A stretch of DNA of 64,000 bases from Octopus vulgaris. Taxonomy: Eukaryota. Under the pieces are notes generated by a model, which was not told where the DNA came from, ran no database searches, and was given only the letters and a program-made list of their open reading frames with translations. Of the stretch, positions 53,980 through 64,000 are shown in pieces (position 1 is the stretch's first letter; the number at the start of each line of letters is the position of its first letter). The stretch lies in contig OX597827.1 in assembly GCA_951406725.2 (NCBI GenBank), positions 50,840,001 to 50,904,000 of the forward strand. The letters run 5' to 3'. The translations under genes and the position numbers were made by a program.

Positions 53980-54251
53980 ATGTTTGACTTTTGCTTTACA
54001 TTTGCACAAGCTGGCTCCAAGTCTCACCCAGAGACCTCAAGAGACAACAAGTTGGAAGTTCATGTTGGTGTTATGCCTAGGGTGCCATATATTTGGTTTT
54101 GTACTTAGTGTTGTACTAATGAATGCTTAAAAACCATACGAAAATGATGTTTACTTTAAAACTTGAGATTACATAGAAAGTATTTTGCGTAGGATATGAG
54201 CAGTTCCCATGAGCACTATCTTTTGAATTTCTGCCATTTTTGGGTTTCTTG

Positions 54252-54253
<2 letters not shown>
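53980..54253 (-). mobile_element. Short R4/Dong 3' end embedded in (TAA)n
   Basis: PKMAEIQKIVLMGTAHILRKILSM plus 3'UTR; ATT arrays on both sides. Confidence 0.85.
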
Positions 54254-54297
<44 letters not shown>

Positions 54298-54306
54298 TAC
54301 TATTAC

Positions 54307-54351
<45 letters not shown>

Positions 54352-54409
54352 CATTGTTATTATTATTATAATTATTATTATTATTATTTATTATTATTAT
54401 TACTATTGA

Positions 54410-55060
54410 TTTGAGATGTACATGAAGCGTCTCCTTTCTTCAACAAAAATTCTGTTCGTCTTCGAAATGAATCACAAAAATTTCCATGGTATTTGAGACT
54501 ACCTTGACAATGCGTGCAAATTCTAGTATTGCTATATTCTAGAAAATTTCTATATCAGTCAATTATAGTTAATCTGTATATGTTTTTAATGAAATTATTG
54601 TGTATCACACTAATTGTGCTAATTACAAACGGGATGAAAGACACATTCTCTGTTTGCCATAATGTTTTTAGTTTACCCGTTAGGCCGCTGTAACTCATTA
54701 GCTTTTGAAGCTCGCTTCTATGCAACATTGTAGTCATTTGCTATTGCTATGTCAATAATTAATACGCTGCTGTCATTTTTGTCGTAGAAAATGACGTCAT
54801 GCTTATGCGCTAACTGGAGAATCGTATGCTATATTTTTTCATATCGCCATTTTCTTGAAACATCAGTTCTTGCTTTCTATAGAGGTTTAATGGCTTGCAT
54901 GAAAGACAATGTTCTCATAACGAAGACCATTTCTCTTATGTACGAATAATTTCCAAAAAGTCCTTGGCATGGTAATTACTACCAGAAGATGAGCATTTAC
55001 TTGTTCAAACAACAAGAACTACTACTTCTTTAAATTCATGTGTTAGATGCTGGGTGCTAT
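54410..55060 (-). mobile_element. Old R4-type endonuclease-region remnant
   Basis: DVIFYDKNDSSVLIIDIAIAND...; LWQTENVSFIPFVISTISVI. Confidence 0.6.
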
Positions 55061-58000
55061 TCTGATATGTTATGGGTACAGCTCTTAACGTAATTCTGAA
55101 ACTGGATTAGCTTGACAGGATGTGACAAGGCTATGTCTTGCAATCGTAAAAAGGATAAGCACCAGGCCTAAAAGAGACATATAATGGTACTGCTATTTAG
55201 CGCAATTATCATAAATAGTGAACTGACTTCCTTTTCTAAAGTGAAACATAGCATTTGTCTTGACCTTTGAAACTCTAAATGTAACGAGATTTTGTTAAAT
55301 GTCTTGAATTTCATTATATGAGTTTGTATAAGGTCTTCCTCGTATTGATTCAAACTATTTTAAAATATCTTTATTGCCGGTGTAGTTCTGACAAAGTTTT
55401 TCTCATAACCTTAATTCGTTTAGATTAGATTATTTTCATGCTTAAACAGTATTTCAGTGCAAAATTACCAGCTTGGAGATATTCATGTACGCCCTTCTTT
55501 AAAATCAGTTTATATTTATTCAAGTTAAAGGAATGTCCTTAAAAGAAGTGTTATTAACATTGTTCTCTGTCTTGATTCCGGAAAATGTTATCAACCATTG
55601 CCTGCAATGAATCAATGAAGCTTTCCATTTGAAATTAAGCCAACTGAGTAAAATCCATTGTCTCAAGTGGAAATATTGTCAAACAGGAAGAATGAGTAAA
55701 GTTTGTATTTAATTGCAAGTAATTACTGATTCTTGGCTCTCAAGTTGCTATGTGAAGGCAAATTTGTTAAAGTAAATGAATGTCTTGTCATTTGATTAAT
55801 TAGCATGTTTTTGTTGTTTAGCCTTTGGTCAGCTCTAATCAACCAGATCTATGATGAAAGTCATTCCAATCATGACAATCTCATTTAATGTATAACAAGG
55901 ACCACGTGGAGCTGTGTGTTCTTGTTTCAGTAAACTGATTCTCCAGTTAGCGCATAAGCAAGACAGTAAGGTTTGATTTGTTGGAGATTTGGTTGAAAAT
56001 TCTAGTAGATTAAGTGACCATGCAGAGGTCTCCTTATAGACTCATTGTCAGTTTGTTTTCTCTGTTGTGTCCAAAACATACTCCATACAAACTAACACTT
56101 ACGTATGCACACACATATTTACAAATTTATATGTTTAGGATGCACGTAATATTTTAATTAGTTATCAGTTGAGTAGAACGGAACTCCAAGATGTTTTGGC
56201 TTTGGAGCACCTAACAATCCAGAGTGGTTCAAACTTGAACACAAGCAATAGCACAGAATGTATCTGTAAAGGGATGTCCAAGAGTCATGACCTGGATGTA
56301 GGCTGCTGCCTTAGAGTATAAGGAGATAGACACTGAAACCCTTGCTTAAGGAAGTATTCTTCCCTGAACACCTTCTGATGCTCAGTTCTCTAGAATTTCT
56401 TATTATCCAAACGATAGCCTCTATGTTAACTTGAAATTCTTGAAATGTGTTCATAACTATCAATGCATATATTTTTATATACATTGTATATAAAATGCTG
56501 ATAAAATATAGTTTTTTTTTTTCGGGGGTTATGAAGAGGTGTTATTGAGATATTAACTGACGTTTTTTTTTTTCTTTTTACTTCATGGTGAACGGCTTCA
56601 GCGGCCAACAAATTTCTTATGAATAGCCACAGTTCCATTATGAAGTAATCATCAAATCAAAAACCTCTACCATGCAGTCGAAATTAACGATTAACACCAG
56701 CGTATAATAGTATTCTAAATCAGGGATACAATCAAAGGAAGTTTATGTTCTAGCTCTGATAAAATACCAGCAAAACCTCTGCATTATTAACCCTTACAAA
56801 AATAGGTGATACTTGTAGTGGTAAAAATAAAATACCGCTGATAAGAATATTTGCCGATATTCTAAAAGAATAACTAGTAGAAACCAGCTTTGGAGAAGAA
56901 AATAAATCTTTTCGGATAATGTAGCCTTCCCGTGAACCCTAGAGACTTAATTAGCAAACGTATAAAACGTCACAACGCACCAAAATTGATCTAAAGCCTA
57001 CATGTAAAATCAATGATATCCACAGAAAATCGAAATGTAATTCAATATTCCTTACTCCGAAGACTATATTTATTACCTCCGAGCGAAAAACAAACTTTTT
57101 TAGCAAGAAACTTTGCTATCGATTATGCTTAGGCGCAGGCATAGCCGTTTACTTTAGAAGTTCGTTTCATAATCACATGATTTTGGATTCGATCACTACG
57201 CATTGCCTTGGACAACTGATTTTTAGCGTGATCGACTTAAGCCATTTTATTGAAATTTGATAGATGGGAACTGTGAAGATGGATTGTATCTGATGAGTAA
57301 GTTGAAGTTGTACGGGACCCTGTTGGATAGATTATGTACATCAGAAGCGGTTTTCTTTCTTCTTCTATACCAATCGCGGTGGCTTTACAAAGACTTTCTC
57401 CACTGATTTTTAAAAAATGTTCGAGTTAAATGGATGTTCATATACGTAATGTAGTCCGCTAAAAATGTGTTAATGAAATACAATTACCTCCGTAGCGAAT
57501 AATAAAATTAGCTTTAAGAATTAATTGTGGTCAAGAAAGAGAAGATAGATAACTCTGAAATGCATCAAATTTCAAAAAAAGTTTTTTTTAATTAGTAGCT
57601 GCTAAAATACAACATTGAAGTAAATATAAGATTGTTTCACCTAAGGCTCCGGAGTAAGAAGAATGAACTGTAACTACCATGACATACTTAACACAGTCGA
57701 TAATAGGTACCATATAACTAATGAAACATTTACATAAAACTACAGACCCATACTGGAAGAACCAAAAAAGTTACATTGTTGTTCAAACTACATATCCCTC
57801 GAATTACATATCCTTGAAATTACACCTTAGCATCTTAAAGAATGGAAAAAATACATTGAATAATATTGTTTGAGAGGAATAATGTCTGCGACAGGAAGAT
57901 ATGGTCATAGGTAGAGTGCTTCTGGTAATAGGCTGCTCGATCAGAGCTAACCTGGGGTTAAACAATAACAACGGTGCAACAAATCCTTGGAAATACTTAA

Positions 58001-58627
58001 TAACTGAACGATTTTCATTAGTAAAAAATGTTTTTCCAAGGTGAAAAAAAACTTTTTACCACGTAAGTCTCCGTCAGGTGGTTATAAAAACCCTCTTGGT
58101 AAATATTTAATTGAAGAACATGCTGTATATCTAAAACTCAAATATGTACGTTGTATAATTTCCTAGAAACAGATAACAGCTTATCTTAGGCAAATGATGG
58201 TTTCGTCATTTTTCAGTTGATCATTCTTGTCTCAAAACTTTAAAAGGTATCTGTTCAAGGAGTGACTTATTACATAACCCTTTTGTGACGAAAAGCGTCG
58301 TTTGTTATGATTTTCCAACAGGTCAATTTCTTGTTCACTGCATTTCTGGTAACAAAACCCTGACAAGATATTTTTTTATATAAACATAAACTCAAACTAC
58401 TATCGATAATGAAAAACCTAATCAGCAACATAATATGCCAGAGCATATCAACAATTACATATGACAAGGAAGTATTTAACCAAACAGCATCATTATGCTG
58501 TTTGGGAGTTTACAAAAACGGCAAGAAATTAATATATTAAAATGTCCATAGATATTTTGTTTCTATTTATAACCAAAAAAAAAGTAAATAGATAAATAAA
58601 TAAGATGACAAGAAAAGACTGATAACT

Positions 58628-58825
58628 GTTTCAAATTTTAGTGGAAGACCAGAAATTTCTTTAAGGATAATAAGAAAGTCGATTGCATCGACTGGTACTT
58701 ATTTTATCGATGCGAAAGGTTAAAAAGCAAACTTGAGAACGGCGGAGTTTGAATTGAGAACGAGAGACGAAACATCGCTAAGCGTGTTGTCCGTTGTGCT
58801 GGTGATTCCGCCGGTTCACCGCCTT
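58628..58825 (-). mobile_element. SINE family A (degenerate)
   Basis: ctggtacttattttatcga...ggcggagtttgaa. Confidence 0.6.
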
Positions 58826-59860
58826 CTGAAATTCATGATAGTAATGGTTATAAAACAGTGATAAACAAATACATAATGAATGCACCCCCCACAGTACTTC
58901 ACATATAATCGACCCACAAAACAGTTGTCGAGCTCGAATTATGGTTGTTATTGATGTCTCGTCTGTATGTGTGTGTATCTTTATGGCTTGTATAAACGTA
59001 AACTATAAATCCGTGGTGTTTCTGTGGATACAGTATGAGATACATGATTCAGCATGTATTCCAAACCCACGATTTATTTAAAATCAATCAGTAGTCTCAA
59101 CCAATATTGTTATTTTATTATGTGCATCTGCTGAATACACCTGTATCTAAAAAAAACACACAAATACATCATTAGCTGACCAAACTCTCAATTTTTATCT
59201 ATGTGGGCGTTAGTTCAGCTATCATGAGAACTGCATGTAGATTTATTTCATACGTAGTTAGATTCACAGAATATTGTTTTAATGACAATTAAAAGGTTTT
59301 TTCTTAGCTCGGCAAACGAATATCGTTACAAAGGCAAAGTAATGAAAGCTAAAGAAGCATCTTTAGGAATTAAAATATAATGAAGAAAAGAAAGAGAGAA
59401 GAGATAAGGAATATGGTAGTTAGAAGAGAAACCATTGAAGATTAGAATGAACGGTAGATAATGATACTGTAAAATGCTGTCAGTATAAATTTCTCATTTT
59501 CAGACATTTTCCCTATTTCAACTGTGATTACTTGTGTCATTTTTTAAAAACTCAGCATTCAAGATTTAGTTATATTTCTGCGTTACAGAACAGCGACCTA
59601 TTAGCACCTCAGTATTCTTATTCTCTTGTTATAATTTTTTCTTTTCTTTCGGTCATACTTAACGCTTTCTCGCCTCTTTTATTATTTTTGTGTTAACTGT
59701 TATATATTTCCCTCTCTCTCACTTACTCGCTCACCTTCTCTCTCTCTCTCTCTCTCTCTCTCGCAAAACTAGTATTTTTATGAAGCTCCTGCACACAAGA
59801 ATGTGAAAGGCATTGACTGCAGGATTTTATTACTAGTTTTCGTTACTGGTTTTACTACTG

Positions 59861-59935
<75 letters not shown>

Positions 59936-60114
59936 TACGAAGCGTTGTCGTTGAATTGTCAATCTTACTCTGACAACACCATGTGACTCGCCTTGACCAA
60001 TAGCAGCCAATTTTCCAGACGCCATTTTGGACTCCCTACGCCTCTCCATTCAGTATTCTGAGCCTAAAAGTCTAAGAAAATTTTAGTCGCATGAAGTTGA
60101 ATCAAATTGTTTTA

Positions 60115-60179
<65 letters not shown>

Positions 60180-60792
60180 GTTTATGTGTGTGTAAAGTAC
60201 AATATGCATCTAGTGCAATATAGAATAATAAAACATATAAATCCAATTGTAGAATTTAGTCAGCAACAATAGTTGAAGTTATAAATACTTTTTAATAACT
60301 CCACCTCTACAGAGAGGAAATAAAGGCAGGGAGGACAATTGATACTGATGCGATAATTTTAAAATGAAAACCAATTCTAAAAATTCTAAATATTAAAATT
60401 AAGTCATTAGTGTTATATTATTAATATTAATATTATAAGTATTTATACTAAATACGTTTGAACAATGTCTGTATTCAATGAGACAAGAAATTTTTTTGTT
60501 TATACTAAAATGAAGTTAGTGTTTGACACGTTTAGGAACAAAACTACATATAATATTTATTCTTTTGTTCAAATCTAAATATGAAAATGTCGTACTGCGA
60601 TTAATGATTCAGTGTTGATAAAAAATATGTAATTCTGGTAAATGAAAGTTATATTTCTTGCCTTGTCAGTTCATAAGGGAAAAAATCTATGAACATTCGG
60701 TCTGCTTTAGACTACGGTTATATTCTTTCAGTATGAGGAGGAGGAGGAAGAGCATGTATCGAAACGAACTATATATATATATATATATATAT

Positions 60793-60837
<45 letters not shown>

Positions 60838-60838
60838 G

Positions 60839-60883
<45 letters not shown>

Positions 60884-60909
60884 CATACATACATACATAC
60901 ATACATACA

Positions 60910-60991
<82 letters not shown>

Positions 60992-61449
60992 TCGCTGGCG
61001 GGATATAGTTATAGGTATGCACTGTTATTATATGATTAAGTATGATTTAGCCCAGAGTTGAGGTGAAGATAATGTTGGGTATTAGGATGTTGATTGAAGG
61101 TTAAATAATGGATAATAGCAAAGTGTTACTAACGTCTGCATAATTGGTCTCAACGAAAGCACTGATAGGATATACCAAGGGAAATTATGTGTAAGTAGTT
61201 TGAATGCCTAGAAAAAGTATAAGATTAAGAGTTGTTTGGGAATATTAAGTGGAATAGCGGAAAAGATATATAAAAGTGTTACAGAGATATTTTGAAGCTA
61301 ACACGATAGTAAAAGCAGAAAATATAGAATATAGAGATACAAAAAATTTGTACATAACAGTGATATGAAGTATAAAATATGAAAATAAAAGTATATGGTG
61401 ATCAAAATTATATATCAGGATAGAAACATTAAGAATAATAATTTCTAAC

Positions 61450-61504
<55 letters not shown>

Positions 61505-61507
<3 letters not shown>

Positions 61508-61715
61508 TTTCTAATTTAGACAAATACAACAATTTTAGAGGGGAGGGTGACAGTTGATTATATCGACCCCAGTACTTGAATAGTACTTTATTTTGTATCG
61601 ATCTAGAAAGAATGAAGGGAAAAGTCGACCTCGGTGGAATTTGATTTCAGAACGTAAAGAACCGGAAGAGATTCCGCTGTGCATCTTGTCCTAACGCACC
61701 AGCGATCCTGCCCTT
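61505..61715 (-). mobile_element. SINE family A
   Basis: atcgaccccagtact...gaatgaagggaaaagtcgacctcggtggaatttga. Confidence 0.75.
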
Positions 61716-61870
61716 GATGATGATGGTGATGATGATGATGGTGCTGGTGGTGGTGGTGGTAGTGGTGGTGGTGGTGGTGGTGGTGGTGGTGGCGGCGGCG
61801 GCGGTGAGGAGGAGGAGGAGGAGAAGGAGGGCGGGGAGGGGCGGTGGAGAGGCAGGAGGGGAGGAGGAGG
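61716..61870. repeat. Graded trinucleotide tract GAT>GGT>GGC>GGA
   Basis: Directly visible. Confidence 0.9.
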
Positions 61871-62262
61871 AATTTTCCAGAGAGACTCGTTGTCCCATTT
61901 AATATTTGAGTTATGCTTAATTCCTCTCAGCTTAGTATGAAGAAAGGCAAAGGCAGGGTATTAGTCTAGAAATAGTAATGGAAAAATTAACCATTTGCTC
62001 AGCAATGGATGATCTGAAGCTTTTTTAGTAACCACAAATAATAGATAGATTCCTTAATACAAACGGTAAGACTCTTCAGCAAAGTTATAGGTATGGAATT
62101 TGGCATAGGTAAGTGCATAATAGTCATTAAAAAGGGACAGGTAGTCAGCAGTGAAGGCATCTAATTATCGTATGGCCAGGCATTAAAATCACTGAAAGAA
62201 AGAGAAAGTTATAAGTATCTTGGAGTGTTAGAATCTGACAGAGTACTAACTATAGAAATGAG
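61870..62262 (+). mobile_element. R4/Dong-clade RT core fragment
   Basis: IFQRDSLS..F.LCLIPLS; KINHLL..MDDLKLF; FSKVIGMEFGIGKC; ESYKYLGVLE. Confidence 0.8.
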
Positions 62263-62486
62263 AGTAACTGTCTTCGAATACTCTTATTATCGTTGATTGC
62301 CTGAAATGGGGAGTAGATAGACAACCAGCAACTGATGAAGGGTCATTCCTTGTATTGTCTTTTTTCTCGTTATTTGCGTATTTAACTCATTTGTTTTCGC
62401 ATTTCATGTTGTTTACTGTTGTTGACTTCCTGTACCCATATATGCACACACACACACACACACACATGTATATACATATACATATA

Positions 62487-62669
62487 TAAGTTCAGCAAAA
62501 TTTAGATTCAAATGAATATGGTACTTAAGTCAGATGCACCAGAATTTTGTACGGTGTTATCCATAGAAATCCATGGGATGATTATAATCAAAGTAAGCAA
62601 CAAGAATAAAATAATGTAGCGTGAAACGATCGTACCATATTACCGAAGATATTCTTGTTGCTTACTTTG

Positions 62670-62670
<1 letters not shown>
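62487..62670. mobile_element. Mini-element related to 8983-9170 with a 22-bp fold-back around a hammerhead 3' half
   Basis: atcaaagtaagcaacaagaata/tattcttgttgcttactttgat arms; gtagcgt-GAAA-cgatcg-TA inside. Confidence 0.6.
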
Positions 62671-62722
<52 letters not shown>

Positions 62723-62763
62723 TACATACATACAGACAGACAGACAGACAGACAGACAGATAA

Positions 62764-62855
<92 letters not shown>

Positions 62856-62929
62856 CATTGTATTTGATGTTCTAAGACAACATCCATGCTAAGTCGTATA
62901 TACATAACATACATACATACATACATACA

Positions 62930-62962
<33 letters not shown>

Positions 62963-63592
62963 GCGTGTGTGTGTTCTATCTTAAAATGCTTGTTGTCTTT
63001 CTTAATTTCTATCGCCTCTAGAACTTGACTCTTCACCCATTCATATTGACCCTCCACCGTGTCACGAACAGCTCTGCCTCCATTTAATGTTTAATTAGAT
63101 TGGATTTCAGAATTGCCTCCTTTGTGTTTCTTGACCAAAATTAGTCATTAAAGCTAATTCTCTTCATTACGGACAGAATTTTAATTAATTAACTTTTTTG
63201 GCTCACTGCACTTAGTATGCTAACCTCCACTTAAATATTATAGATAATTCATCAGTAACTATACTGAATACCCTCGGCAAACCATCTAACATTGTCTTGT
63301 TTGTTAATGATGTTCACTTGTACACTTCACCTAATATTCGAGGCGATTCAGTAACAGTAGGCATTAATAGACGTCATATATATTGAAGGTGCATAACAGC
63401 ATTACGCTCGTATCTTGTAGTTAGAAATTTTCCTTTTCCTCTATTTCGTTTTTGAAAATTAGTGTCTTCTGAATTTTGCGCTCACAACCTAGATTTATCT
63501 TTCACCATTTCTGCTCGCTCCAAATCTATTACGACTTATCTTGAGTAAATATTGCCTCGCCTTCAAATGCATGTCCATCGAACACACATTGC

Positions 63593-63993
63593 GGATCTTT
63601 TCGGTTTGAACGGCAGTTTTTTCTAGTGGTGTCATATGAAATTGTCACCCATAATTATGACCCTAATATCGATCTCTTGCATTTCAATCTGTTTTAGGGT
63701 TAGGGTTAGGGGTGGGGGTAAGGGTATCTTTTTTTCTTCACAAATGTAAATAAACCCAATCTGTTTCTTAAACGAGGGACATATTCATACGGCACAGAAT
63801 GTTTTTTTTACCTCAATACACGCCAGTGATTGGTTGAAATTGCAGAAATTGAAGAAAAAAAACTATAGAATTTTCTCAATATAGCCAAGAGAAAAAGATA
63901 TTTTATAAACACATTCTACCAGTATACGAAGTTTGAAATTTTTTAGTTACCTAGAAATTATGTTAAAAACTGCCGTTCAAACCGAAAAGATCC
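63593..63993 (+). mobile_element. Merlin-like MITE copy 4
   Basis: TIR ggatcttttcggtttgaacggcagttttt/aaaaactgccgttcaaaccgaaaagatcc; TSD cacattgc / cacattg (window ends); (TTAGGG)3. Confidence 0.93.
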
Positions 63994-64000
63994 CACATTG

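Noticed and set aside
62330-62360. CTGATGAAGGG as a hammerhead (similar at 22750 and 4785)
   Set aside because: No GAAA or helix III after the stem; topology incomplete

Overview
AT-rich, microsatellite-saturated eukaryotic non-coding DNA. The SINE families and repeat landscape look like an Octopus (coleoid cephalopod) genome; this is inference. Nearly all ORF-track entries are microsatellite read-through. Content: three tRNA-derived SINE families; decayed Penelope-like elements (PLEs, one Naiad-type); CR1-, RTE- and R4/Dong-type LINE fragments; at least one solo LTR; four copies of a Merlin-like MITE (8-bp TSD) carrying internal TTAGGG repeats; and one convincing isolated 49-nt exon of an unidentified large gene. 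The most notable hidden layer is self-cleaving RNA motifs, all read by eye. About a dozen intact, variant or decayed type I hammerhead motifs occur, mostly in short inserts within (TA)n tracts and often at the turning point of fold-back palindromes. A complete 372-bp RTE-derived non-autonomous retroposon with a 14-bp TSD begins within one base of a predicted HDV-like ribozyme cleavage site. No activity has been tested.
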